From the NCBI RefSeq assembly GCF_006345805.1, contig NC_043015.1, positions 10,478,001-10,542,000 of the forward strand: a stretch of 64,000 bases of DNA. Direction: 5' to 3'. The notes under the pieces were generated by a model. The model had not been told where the DNA came from. It ran no database searches and saw only the letters and a list, made by a program, of their open reading frames with translations. Source of the DNA: Octopus sinensis (Eukaryota). Of the stretch, positions 37,456-50,829 are shown one piece after another. Both the position numbers and the translations under genes were made by a program. Positions within the stretch are counted from its first letter, which is position 1. The number at the start of each line of letters is the position of its first letter.

Positions 37456-38939
37456 TGTAGTTTGGTTGGTAGATAGGTTGGTAGGTACGTAGGTAGACTT
37501 GATAGATAAAAGGAAAGAAAGAGAGATGGATGGATATAAATATGTACGTATATATATATACGCACATATATATATATATATATGTATGTATATATTTAGG
37601 TATGTGTCTATGTATAGACTTTCGTACATGTATGTACTCACTTGAGGGTGAGATATTATTTGACACATTTGCTTCGCAATGCGGATGATCCCCCGGACCA
37701 TTCATTTGATCAGTATTATTATTATATTAGTTGAGTTGTATATATATATATATATATATATACATATATGGCTCAATGTGAATGGAGATTTATTGGTACT
37801 GAACTTATTTATGAACACTGTAGAAATGAAATGCAATTACGAGATTTACGCTCAGATCACAATAGGAATCCACTAATTAACGGTATATAATTTTCCCAAC
37901 CCACTCTACAAATTCTGCCATACATAATCGGAATCATAATTATGATTGTAATATATTCATGAAGAGGTCGTGAGATATTATGCATCTCTATATTTTTAAT
38001 TGTTGTAATTCTTGTACATCAATAGGTTAATGTATGTTATAATTAGCAAGGCATTGTAAGTTTCACATGTTCTAATGAAAAGGTGAAAAGCTGAATGGTT
38101 ATAAATTAAGACTTTGTATTGGAATGAAAAGGTGAAAAGCTAAATGGACATAAATTGAGAGTTATTCGATATTAAATATTGGTGAAATGCTTGTACTTAC
38201 CAAGTTAATGAGCACGCTTCTACGTGGTCCTTCATTACGCTAGAAATAACTGGCAAATATATATTATGTGTGAGTATAATCAGCTTTTCATATATATATA
38301 TACATCTTTCCATAGGAAACGCCTCATTAGATAATGCAATTATATTGAACCGTGAATGGATGACTATGTTTCTGACAATTTCACATTTGTCCATTTTAAT
38401 TTCCTCCGCTTCTGAGGGTCGGCAGTGGCTTGATTACGGCCGCACCTGTGCTGTTGTTCTGCAACAAACCTACCGGATGCAGCATATTCTCTAAAAGTTT
38501 AAACCTCATCAAGATTGTTACGAATACTCTTCATTATAAAGATTTCTCTCATAAAAGCGGTGTGTTATAAGGTTACTCCCTAACAGTAATTATATCATGC
38601 TACCATAGCCACACAAGTTGTCAGCCAAGTCTACTGATAGGTCTGTCATTATTCATTCAAGCTGCTTATCCTATACTGGTCGCTACTTCCGTAGTCATTG
38701 TCACTGCAAATATAGATTCTAGTGACGTCATCTGCTCCCTAACACGTCTATTTTTTGCCCTGAATCGTATCCCACTAATGATACGATCCTTATCAAACAC
38801 CATGGTGGCCATGAAACACATTCTACTGGAATTATATATTATCATCAGAACTTAGGGAAACGACATAATATAGCTCTCATTACTATAAATACCGCTACCA
38901 TCGATACTGGCATCATTATTACTACCCACTAGTAATAAT

Positions 38940-39620
38940 GTTGCTGTTGTTGTTGTTTCTATTGTTGTTGTTGTTGTTGTTGTTATAGACGAAGCGTAGT
39001 ATAAAATATCGTGAGGTTGTTCATCGAAGATATTGTGTCTACCGGGGGTTTGTACTGTTTGTCAAGTCACAACAAGGACCCCAGAGAGACATTTACCAGT
39101 TCCAAGTAACGCCTACCTTTGCAATACACCTACACTATAGCGTATTTCGAAAGTTTTCAGGTGTTATTTTTAGGGGGGGGGGATTGAACCCAAAGCTCCG
39201 ATAAGCATAACCTCTATGTTTGACTCTCCTACCTGCCACATCTTAGCCATCTCAATTCTCAGGCTTCAACTTTTATTAATCTTTTTCTTTCATGATGATA
39301 TGTTCAACCCCTGGCACCGCCACATAAATTATTAGGCATTTTCCTTTGTCCTTCCCCCCACATAGGTTACTGTATCCGGCCTTCGGTGCTCTAATACCAT
39401 GTCTGTCTGGAAATCGAAGTCCCAGGGGATCTTTGCCATCCCCTTTGGTCCATTACATTTTCCGGTGTACGCTGGTAACAAGCACCCGTAACCTCATATC
39501 ATATCCATACTTACGTCATAGTAACCAGTAGACGTTTTGGGCTCTGCTTGTTTGTTGCAATCACTTGCGCAGTGTAAAGTCCTGGGGATAGTGAAGGGTA
39601 GGGGATGCTACATTATGACT
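38940..39620 (-). mobile_element. R4/Dong-like RLE fragment with (CAA)n tail
   Basis: KIPWDFDFQTD..LEHRRPD, KCLII.VAVPG, MLIGALGSIP. Confidence 0.8.
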
Positions 39621-39714
39621 GGAAGCTTAGGGAAGAAATGTAGCAGTGGCAGTAGCAAAATATCTTCATATAACACAACAGACAAAATATCTTCATATAA
39701 CACAACAGAGATAT

Positions 39715-40015
39715 TTATACGTGTAACGTATTTCTAAGGATGTGGGCAGTACTTTTCAGCACAATCTTTTGGATTTCTCTGAAACATAATTCTCCTGTGA
39801 TATTGTCGAGATGTTTCTGCGGTGCCTTTTTTATCATACGTAGGGCACCTATAATAACAGCAACAGTTCTCGTTTTAAGATGCCACATCTTTTGTATTTC
39901 ATTTTCCAGGTCCTCATATTTACTTAATTTCTCAAATTCCTTTACAGATATATTGTTATCAGCGGGCACACTTACATCTATTAGTTTACTAGTATTTTCT
40001 TCTCTATCATTAATA
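39715..40015 (-). mobile_element. R4/Dong-like RLE C-terminal fragment
   Basis: PADNNISVKEFEKLSKYEDLENEIQKMWHLKTRTVAVIIGAL...EIQKIVLKSTAHILR. Confidence 0.9.
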
Positions 40016-40087
40016 TGTCTGTTATTATTATTATCATTATTATTATTATTATTACTATTATTATCAAGTATTATTATTATTAATTAC

Positions 40088-40139
<52 letters not shown>

Positions 40140-40140
40140 C

Positions 40141-40545
40141 TATGTTTGAATTTTGCTTTATATTTGTACAAGTTGGCACCAAGTCTCGCCCAGAGACCTC
40201 AAGAGACAACGGGTTGGAAGTTCACGTTGTTGTTATGCCTAGTGTGCCACATATTTGGTTGTTTTTTTGGGGGTGTTGTACTAGTGGATGTCTAAAAAAA
40301 TATGTTTGTCTTAAACCTTGAGATTACATAGAAAGTATTTTGCGTAGGATATGAGCAGTTCCCATGAGCACTATCTTTTGAATTTCTGCCATTTTGGGGT
40401 TTCCTGGTATCTGAGTTAGGTAGCAATCAGCCCCTTTTGCTATCATTCCCAGGGCACCTATGACAATAGGTATTGTTTTAGTCTTCAGGTTCCACATTTT
40501 GCTGATTTCTATTTCAAGATCTTTATTTATTTGCTCAGTTTTTGG
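40141..40545 (-). mobile_element. R4/Dong-like 3' end flanked by (TAA)n
   Basis: KDLEIEISKMWNLKTKTIPIVIGALGMI...EIQKIVLMGTAHILRKILSM*, 3' UTR, (AAT)n on both sides. Confidence 0.9.
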
Positions 40546-40548
40546 TAG

Positions 40549-40621
<73 letters not shown>

Positions 40622-40629
40622 CATTATTA

Positions 40630-40689
<60 letters not shown>

Positions 40690-41231
40690 TTGTTAGCTCG
40701 ATGGTAGCTAATATCTATCGAATACTCTGCCCTTGTGTGATAATAGTTAAGATTACTAATTCGATTGCGACTTTTGCTCCTAGGCGCATAAAGGGGTGGT
40801 GGATAGAGAGAGAGAGAGAGAGATGAAGTGAGAGAGAGTGTTTTGGGAGCGTAAGCAAGTGTCATTTTCTGTACAATATTATTTTTGATGTATTTGTTAA
40901 TTTAGTGATGTTTGAGTAGTCGGTGAAGTTTACCGTGCATCTATCGTATATTATGTGATATGCATGACTAGAAGACAAACTTTTGTCTAGAATATTAAAA
41001 AATACCTCAGGGACATTATTAATGACGCTCTATCTATAATGAGCGTTTTACAAGGTTTCATTTCTTTTGCAGGCCCTTGAGTTTAGTATATCCTTTCGTG
41101 GGTGTTTTACAGGATTTATGTATTTATAGTCACTATTTATTTGCACGGGGCTGTGCTTTTGGATTTCGGACTAAGAGGGGTTGATTATTAATTAATTATT
41201 CTGTAATTGTGCATTTTACATTTCAGCTTAC

Positions 41232-41296
41232 CTGTTCTTCAGTTTTACGGGTGCGAGACATAATATCTCGCACAATTTCAATTTTTATGCAGAATT
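41232..41296 (-). other. Candidate internal coding exon (xFCIKIEIVRDIMSRTRKTEEQ), product unknown
   Basis: aag| acceptor, one open frame, consensus donor CAG|GTAAGC; not significant on its own. Confidence 0.3.
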
Positions 41297-41341
41297 CTTT
41301 ATAAGACGATTACAATAATATAATTGGTTAATTATATTATT

Positions 41342-41693
41342 GGGCACCTTGGCAAGTGGCACTTTGAGCAAGTGTCTTCTACTATAGCCTCGGACTGACC
41401 AAAGCCTTGTGAGTGGATTTGGTAGACGGAAACTGAAAGAAGCCCGTCGTATATATATATATATGTATATGTGTGTGTATGTTTGTGTGTCTGTGTTTGT
41501 CACCCCAACATCGCTTGACAACCGGTGCTGGTGTGTTTACGTCCCCGTAACCTAGTGGTTCGGCAAAAGAGTCCGATAGAATAAGTACAGGGCATACAAG
41601 TAATAAGTTCTGGGGACGATTTGCTCGACTTAAGGCGGTGCTCTTGCATGGCCGCAGTCAAATGACTGCAACAAGTAAGGAAAATAAAAGAAT
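41342..41693 (+). mobile_element. tRNA-derived SINE lacking its head
   Basis: Body, internal TA/TG tract and 3' end match the other copies. Confidence 0.92.
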
Positions 41694-41718
41694 TAAATTA
41701 GAAAGAATAGTACATATG

Positions 41719-41801
<83 letters not shown>

Positions 41802-41966
41802 CAGCATTTTAGGCCTTATTCTCTCGACAACACAAAGAAGGGAAAACGAAGGGCAGAGTCGACATAAACGGATTTGGATCAGAGATTAAAATCATGTGCG
41901 ATTTAGACTGGAGAGCTAGCGATTCTGCCTGTTTGCTGCCTTATATTACTATATCGTTCGTATTTG

Positions 41967-44900
41967 ATCTACAATACATTGCCATATTTCATATTTGCTT
42001 TCCCGAATCGAGTGTAACGTAGTCGAAAGTGAAATGAACTCGTTACAATGAATAACACTATCCAAAATACATTTCAATATAACTTTTTAAGATTCAGCAG
42101 TTTTATACACTGGGAATTTATGCATTAAAAGCATCTTTGTGACAATTGGTTATCTTATATGAACGCATTCCCTTGCTAAACGGAATGCGATAATTTTAAA
42201 ATAGGAATCAATTCTGTAAATTAAAATAGTAATTCATCAGAAGATGGACAAACAGAAATATTAAATAATGTAATGTTAACATTTAAAATCCATATTTTCT
42301 ACATTGATGACTTCAAAAATACATTATTTATGAAGATGGTCTTAGTCACTGTTTACATCAAATATTGCGTTTGAAAATTGATTGGCAACGAGCAAGAGAA
42401 CACGCAGAATTAAAATTTAATAACGATTCTGTGAATCCCGTTTGAAAACTAGGGTTTAATATTCATTATTTAATTAATTATTACTTCATACTGCTCGTTC
42501 TTCACATGCATGCGATGACTTTCGCAAATTTGATATACTGAATATGGAAGTGGGTGTCATCTAATGGTTTATAATTAAATCAACTTCTTTATGTTAATAT
42601 CGGTAGTTCAAAACCCTTTTCGCCAATTACATTTAAGTAATAGTGTAGCTCCCTCGATATTATTTTGTAGGGATTCGAATGGAAACGTAATCTTGGTTTT
42701 GCACTTGCCAGTATACTCAGAGCTACATTTATAGGAAGACTAGAACTCTTCTCTAAAAGTTAATACACAAATATCCATGTCTAAGGCAGATGCATCACGG
42801 GAAAAATATTAACGGAAATTGCATTTTCATTTTTTGCATTTGAATAAGATTTTCGAACACGTATCATATTTTCCCTACCGGGCAAAAAACGATTGTCTTG
42901 CTCCAAATTGACAGTGGAGCAATAGTGTTTGTGTTGCGCATAATATCGCTGAGTCATTCGGTTGGATCTCTGACGGCGTGATGCCTTTGCTCAATGGAAA
43001 TTACATTATTTTCATTTTTATCAAATATCCTCAGCATAAAATGAAGAACAGAAACAACTCCGAGCTAAAATTTGCCACGGATAGGATTATTGTTCGGTGT
43101 GGAATTATATACACATGTACATGTATGTACGTACGTGTGCACGTATATATATATATATAAATATATATATGAATTAATTAATCCACATACATGCAATAGG
43201 ATTCCCTGTTAGATGTATCTTTATAACTCTATAACTATCACATCGAGTGTACTCTGCATTATTGTTATATGTATATGTGGTATTTGGGTTAATGTTCAAG
43301 TGAGTGTTACATCCGTGTGGTTTATGTGGCTTCATTTGTATATTTTATAACACACTGCTGGTCACTTGTTTCATCTCATCTCCCTCACTCCCTCTCTTTT
43401 TTAATCTTGTTTTATGTTTTAATTTTGACTATGATTCTGTCAATTCTTATTTACCTATGACAATACCCTTCCTGTATTAACTTTCATCGTACATTTCCAT
43501 ATGTGGATCAAGGCGTTCGGAAAATACCAACGTCAGGGTTGGATTATATTACTAACATCGTGTCGGTCATTGCCACTTGAATTTATTAATATTGCTGATA
43601 TATAACCTCAGGTGAAACGCATGTAATATTACTTGTCAACCCGAAAAGATGATATTGTTCGGATTTCATCTACAATACATTGCCATATTTCATATCAGGT
43701 TTCCCGAATCTCATCGAGTGTAACGAAATACAAAGTGAAATGAACTCGTTACTATGAATAACACTATCCAAAATACATTTCAATATAACTCCTTAATGAT
43801 TCAACAGTTTTATACACTGGGAATTTATGCATTAAAAAGCATCTTTGTGATAATTGATTATCTTATATGAACGCATTCCCTTGCTAACGGAATGCGATAA
43901 TTTTAAAAAAGGAATCAATTCTGTAAATTGAAATAGTAATTTATCAGAAGATGGGCAAACAGAAATATTAAATAATGTAATGTTAACATTTAAAATCCAT
44001 ATTTTCTTCATTGATGACTTCAAAAATACATTATTTATGAAGATGATCTTAGTCACTATTTACATCAAACATTGCGTTTGAAAATTGATTGGCAACGAGC
44101 AAGAGAACACGCAGAATTAGAATTTAATAACGATTCTGTGAATCCCGTTTGAAAACTAAGGTTTAATATTCATTATTTAATTAATTATTATTTCATAATG
44201 CTCGTTCTTCACATGTATGCGATGACGTTTGCAAATTTGATATGCTGAATATGGAAGTGGGTGTCATCTAATAATTTATAATTAAATCATTTTCTTTGTG
44301 TTAATATCGGTAGTTCAAAACCCTTATCACCAATTACATTTAAGTAATAGTGTAGCTCCCTCGATATATCATTTGGTAGGGATTCGAATGGAAATGTAAT
44401 CTTGGTTTTGCACTTGCCAGTATACTCTGAGCTACATTTATAGGAAGACTTGAACTCTTCTCTGAAAGTTAATACACAAATATCTGTGTCTAAGGCATCA
44501 CGGGTACAATATTAACTGAAATTGCATTTTCAGTTTTTGCATTTTGAACAAGATTTTCGAACATGTATCATATTTTCCCAACCGGGCGAAAAACGTCCAA
44601 CTTCACAGTGGAGTAATAGTGTTTGTGTTGCGCATACGATCGCTGAGTCATTCGGATGGTTCTCTGAAGGCGGGATGCTCACTTGAAATTACATTATTTT
44701 CATTTTTCTCAAATACCCTCAGCATAAAATGAAGAACAGAAACAGCTCCGAGCCAAAATTAGCCACGGAAAGGATCATTGTTCGAAGTGGAATTATATTC
44801 ATATATACTTGTATGTACGTACGTGTGCTAATATATATATATATATATATATATAAATTAATTAATCCACATATATGCAACAGGATTTTCTGGTGGATGT

Positions 44901-45318
44901 ATCTTTATAACTCTATGACTATTACATCTAGTGTACTCTGTATTTTTGTTATATGTATGTGTGGTATGTGGGTTAATGTTCAAGTCGGTGTTACCTCTGT
45001 ATGATTTATGTGGCTACATTTGTATATTTTATAACATACCACTGGTAACTTGTTTCATCTCATCTCCCTGCCTCTTTCATTTAATCTTGCTTTATGTTTT
45101 AATGTTGACTATGATTCTATCAATTCTTACTTACCTATGACAATACTCTTCGTGTATTAGCTTTCATCATATACTTCCATGTGTGGATCAAGGCGTTCGG
45201 AAAATACCAACGTCAGGATTGAATTATATTACTAAGAACGTTCGTTCATTATTAATATTGCTGTTATATAACCTGAGGTGAAACGCATGTAATCTTACTT
45301 GTCAACCGAAAAGATGAT
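41967..45318. repeat. Diverged tandem duplication, 2 x about 1.7 kb
   Basis: atctacaatacattgccatatttcatat at 41967 and 43668; both units end ccgaaaagatgat; roughly 90% identity by eye, with indels. Confidence 0.93.
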
Positions 45319-46197
45319 GATTGCAAATATTTCGGTTATTTACTCAAGATGACATTTAATAGTAATTCCTAAGACATGGATTAGAGGCGATTTCACTTAT
45401 CAAGGAATATATCTGTATTTCGAGCTTCAGTTTAAATTGGATTATGTATGCAGAATAATGGGGTTCAAAATTTAGGCGCATACCCAGAATGAAAATGTTT
45501 TATTTATTTATTATCCTTCGTATACTATATGGATATTATAGCTATACCGAGCGTAAAATATTTTTCTAAATTTACTTCTCATATCATCCGTCGTTACAGA
45601 AATACAATGAATATAGAGAATGAAGTTACAATGAACATACCTTATGTACACGATAACCTTAATTAATTGGAGCAACAATAAAACAATAGCAGAATCAGTG
45701 GCTTCTATGCACATTATTTCACTTCTCAATGTCATTGTACAGGCGTTCCAGTCTTTCTATATATCTATCAATTCCAAACCTATAAATCCTGCACGTGTGC
45801 TTGTAAGATATACAAGCACGCATGTACGCTTGCACTCCAGTATACTCGGCACCGTCCTGTGACTTATAATCATTTAGGTGAAATTTTATTTCCTAATATC
45901 GAATAATATCCAGATATAAACGGCGAACCTGAGAGCTCATTTGGTATATAGCATTATTTTATGGATAATATTCAGATACTAACACCTTTTAATTATCTAT
46001 ATTGGAGCGATAGATACAGGATTTTGAGCGGTAACGTTTCACAAGAGCTCGAGTCAAAGAGGATTTGGAAAAACTCAATAATGAAATATTCTGTTATGTT
46101 AAAGAACTTAAAATGAATTTCTGTGTACCAAAACAATGAACGGGCAAGAATTAGCAAAAGATGCAGGTACTGAAAATATTTTGTGCATTCACATATA

Positions 46198-46568
46198 GGC
46201 GTAGGAGTGGCTGTGTGGCAAGTAACTTACTTGCCAACCACATGGTTCCGGGCAAGTGTCTTCTACTATAGCCTCGGGCAGACCAAAGCCTTGTGAGTGG
46301 ATTTGGTAGACGGAAACTGAAAGATACGCGTTGTATATATGTATATATATATATATGTGTGTACGTGTATGTATATGTTTATGTGCCTGTGTTTGTATCC
46401 CCAACATTGCTTGACAACGGATGCTGGTGTGTTTACGTCCCGTAACTTAGCAGTTCGGCAAAAAGACCGATTGAATAAGTACTGGGCTTACAAGAAATAC
46501 GTCCAGGGTCGATTAGCTCTAAAGATGGTACTCCAGCATGGCTACAGTCAAATGACTGAAACAAGTAC
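46198..46568 (+). mobile_element. tRNA-derived SINE with internal deletion of the B-box region
   Basis: Head GGCGTAGGAGTGGCTGTGTGG; TTCCGGG joined directly to CAAGTGTCTTC. Confidence 0.92.
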
Positions 46569-48894
46569 TTGACCAAGCAATGAAGAATTGGACTTCGTAG
46601 GGAAACAAAAATTGGTATGGATATTCCATTTGGAACACAGTTATAATATTATGGCAATTCGTTTTTCTTTAGTTTTTGCCTGTTTTCGGTTCAATACTAA
46701 ATATAACGTCGCCTTATGCTGTGTCCAAATATTACCTATTGACTGTCGATTACAATCTGAAGCTTAAATATTGTACGACGTTAATGGAAGTGTCTCGAGA
46801 AAACCCCAAATCATCATAGAATTGTAATTCTTTCCCAGTTCAACAAGATACCAAGAAACTGCTCGATGAGAACAGAATATTCCAAATCAGTTTTGTCTAA
46901 AATATTTTTGACTGATTATTAAATTGATAACCTTATTTGTGTCGCCTTCAAATTTAGTCTTTAACAATTTTCTTGTATAGAAGATTGACCGTAATTATTC
47001 TTGTTTCACTGAAACTGGGACACCGATGTGGTGCATTTAGGATTTGAAGATCTTCAAACTGACTTGATGCAAAAGGAACCAATAGAACTGTTATTAAGGT
47101 AATAATGAATATGCATAGTGGTTAAAGAAGTCGAAAAAGGGAGAGAAACCAACATAAGAGGAAGTTTGTTTTATCTACTATACTTGAAAGAGGGCTGTAT
47201 GGAACCATAATAGCACAGGAAACATTAACAGCCGTATGTCAAAATGCAGTACCTGAACATGAAGTGCTTGGGTGTTTGCATCTACCAGCAATATTATCAC
47301 ACATATGAAAGCAGTAGTTTGCAGTAGTTTGCAGTAGGTCGCACTTAAATTTTGCAGACTGTGAATAGATTTCACGAGATAAACATTTGTTTTAATTGTT
47401 TTAATGCAGTTTCGCTATGCTATTCCACTAAGGTTCATTTGCCGACCATGAGTGATTGTGTTCTCAAATACGGCATTAAGGATTAATGTATTTTTAGTAT
47501 CTTCTTAAAGAAAAGTAAAAACCATCTTACGTTAGCTAATCTGAGAAATAAGTATTTCTACTTTTTAGAATAATCAGTTATTTTTTTCTTAGCGCCAAAA
47601 TTGGGTGGGCGGCAAAATGTCTGAAGTATGAAGCTAAAGAACAGCGTAAACATATAAAATGTCAAGAATTAATTTTATGATGGGTTGTAAAGCACAATCC
47701 AGTGTCTGTAATTAGCTCTTTCAAGTGTATGTGCGTGAAAAATATATATACATATATTCATATGTATGTTTGTGTGTATGTGTGCGTGTGTTTGCGTGTG
47801 CGTGTGTTTGTCTATGTGAATGTGTATGTGGAGATTGTTTGTATATATGTGGAGATTGTTTGGACTGGAGTACAGACTTTATATTTTCAGTAACATAAGG
47901 TAGTGCGGATTTGTATTAAAACTATTTATTTAGCACTTTCGCTGCTCTCAGCGATTCATTAGGAATTTCCAATTGAAACTTCATTCTTATGTAAAGTTAT
48001 TTGAAATCAAATAACTGTAGTTGAATTCGTATTCTTGGGTTTTGGATAAGGGATGTTTTGGGAACGATTATTTGAGATACTCTTTATAATTTTCATTCTA
48101 CGTTTGTGTGAATGTATGTGTATATAAGCATATATATATGTGTATATAAGCATGTGCGTACGTAGTGAGTTTTTAAACAAATTGTATATATCTTAGGAGG
48201 CTGGGTTTGACAGAGTAGAAAAAGAAAGAAAAGAAGAAAAAGAGGTGTGTTTTAGTGATATGGTTCAAACTGATAACAGCACAAAAAGGTCAAATGTTTT
48301 ATCAATTCCAGTAAATTTCTTCTACTCATTCTGTTATTGACAAGATTTTTGTTCAATTGTCATGTTACCTTTCTTTCTCTCCTCCTTTGTGTCTAACCCA
48401 GCTTCCAAGGATTTCTCATAAATAGTTTATTTGAAAATTCAGCGAACACAATTGATTAGACACACACAAAAATACATGTACACATATATATATATATATA
48501 TATATACTCAGACACAAATAACGTCGTATATAAGTTATGAATTTTCATTATTTTCATTCATTTATGATGAATACCAGAAAGGAGCAAAAATGTTTTTTTT
48601 ATTCATTGCTGACTACTCATTCTCTCACACACACTCTCTGCCAGTCTGTTTATCTCTTTCTCTCTCCATCTATCTCTCTCTCTTTGTCTTGCTCTCTGCA
48701 TTTGTTCTTTCTTTTATTCTTGTATTCGATTGAGAATATGCAGTTGCGATCATGCTGGAGCAACTGTCTTATCTATAACTAATAAGGGAAACAGAACATA
48801 GAATTCGCGAGTTTATTCATTAACCAAAACGATTGTTTCGACCCTTATTGCATCGGTCACTCGCGAATGTGATACTAGAAATAAGGAAAAGCTT

Positions 48895-48932
<38 letters not shown>

Positions 48933-48947
48933 CACCAAACATACTAC

Positions 48948-48997
<50 letters not shown>

Positions 48998-48999
48998 TA

Positions 49000-49097
<98 letters not shown>

Positions 49098-49150
49098 ATT
49101 GGTGAATTGAAGAAATGAGCTGAACGCAGATTGAACAGAAAATCGTTTTA

Positions 49151-49239
49151 TTTCATTCTACACGTGTTTCGAAAGGCACAAATTACCAAAATCCGATTGA
49201 ATAATGGGACCATATTGTGTCTTCTCTTCAGGAAGAAAA
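49151..49239 (-). ncRNA. Type I hammerhead ribozyme, left arm
   Basis: TTC-CTGAAGA-GAAG...TTTC-GAAA-CACGTG-TA-GAA. Confidence 0.7.
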
Positions 49240-49467
49240 AGGAAATCCGTTGGAAAACAAAAACAGAACAGAGGCAGAGCAAAAAACAAATCGAACTGTG
49301 CTCCTAAGAGCCCATGGCGAAACTGTTTATCAGTGTATGTTGAGAACCGGTGGCTACCGGTTCTCAACATACACTGATAAACAGTTTCGCCATGGGCTCT
49401 TAGGAGCACAGTTCGATTTGTTTTTTGCTCTGCCTCTGTTCTGTTTTTGTTTTTCCAACGGATTTCT

Positions 49468-49553
49468 TTTTCTTCCTGAAGAGAAGACACAATTGGTCCC
49501 ATTATTCAATCGGATTTTGGTAATTTGCCTTTCGAAACACGTGTAGAATGAAA
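49468..49553 (+). ncRNA. Type I hammerhead ribozyme, right arm
   Basis: Core CTGAAGA 49476-49482, GAAA 49534-49537, palindromic stem III ACACGTGT, predicted cut after A49545. Confidence 0.7.
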
Positions 49554-49759
49554 TAAAACGATTTCTGTTCAATCTGCGTTCAGCTCCATTTCTTCAATTC
49601 ACCAATAATGTTTTAATTTCAATTATCCGCACCAACGCACGGTTGCAACGCCAGATGGTTGTACCTCCAACCGTGCTGTTCACTGCTGTGTTTTTTGCTA
49701 CTAAGGTATCGTTAACTTTTGATTAATCTACTACAAGATTATTCATCTTTCTATTTCAC

Positions 49760-49825
<66 letters not shown>

Positions 49826-49831
<6 letters not shown>

Positions 49832-50209
49832 ATTCATAAATAAGGGCAAACGAAAAAATTTCTAATGACAAATATGCCGAAAAATGGGACATATAGTCCA
49901 TTAACCATATAATTTTTTCACAATACACACGCTACTCGAAAAAAGATCGACAGAAATTTCTTAAAAAATCCATTATTACCATATCGGACCGATTTCAGGG
50001 TTAGTTCATAACAGCCCTCCCTTCGTCAGTGATACATGTTGCAAAAGAAATAAATGAGATACTTACTCATACCCATGGAAGAAGTAAACACTAAGTCATG
50101 AGCACAACTAAGTACCCCAAATACATCCAAAATAGAAATACTCCAGCCCAATTTTTCGGCATATTTGGAATTAGAATTTTTTTTCATTTGCCCTTATTTA
50201 TAAGTTGTA
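49826..50209. mobile_element. About 385-bp element with about 63-bp imperfect terminal inverted repeats, TA flanks
   Basis: ataaataagggcaaa..aatatgccgaaaaatggg vs cccaatttttcggcatatt..tttgcccttatttat. Confidence 0.85.
49981..50035 (-). ncRNA. Type I hammerhead-like motif inside the TIR element
   Basis: gtatcA-CTGACGA-AGGG...CCCT-GAAA-TCGG-TC-Cgatat; GUC site, A:C mismatch at the base of stem I. Confidence 0.65.
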
Positions 50210-50236
50210 TATATATATATCTATCTATCTATCTAT

Positions 50237-50366
<130 letters not shown>

Positions 50367-50829
50367 AAGAGAGAGATAGAGAGAGATAAATAGATAGATG
50401 CAGAAAATAGCGGGGTGTGTATCCTACTTAGTGAATAAAACATTCATATTAATCCAGAGATATCTGTTGACACGCTGTGTTTAAAAACAATGTATGAGAA
50501 TATTCAGTGGTAAAGCAGAAGGTTAAATCGGTTGTTTCTTTTGGGGGTTATGGATAAAGTATACTCACTATTAGCATCTTTTGACTATACACGTCACAAC
50601 TAACATATACAAAAACAGTGAGAAAGAATCATCGTTGTTTCAGCTGGCCAGAACAAAATTTTAACGAAACGGAAATTATGAAATTATTACGTTGTGTTCA
50701 AAGCCTGCCAAGGTCAACTTTGCCATGGTATTTTCGGGAACAGTGAAATAAATTATAGGTGTAGATGTAGTCCACTCATCTCCTCATAAGAAACAGCTTG
50801 TACCAAAATTTAAAACCTGTTTGTGTGTA

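Larger units (their letters stand above)
49089..49615. repeat. 527-bp palindrome, about 260-bp arms, 4-nt loop (49352-49355)
   Basis: Arms are reverse complements apart from a few small indels; abuts long (TA)n. Confidence 0.96.

Noticed and set aside
47178-47375. Signal-peptide-like ORF (AFICVIILLVDANTQA)
   Set aside because: No ATG, partly built from a 10-bp micro-duplication, and phases do not fit neighbouring candidate exons.
49158-49546. Mirror-image ORFs on both strands
   Set aside because: Consequence of the palindrome, not genes.
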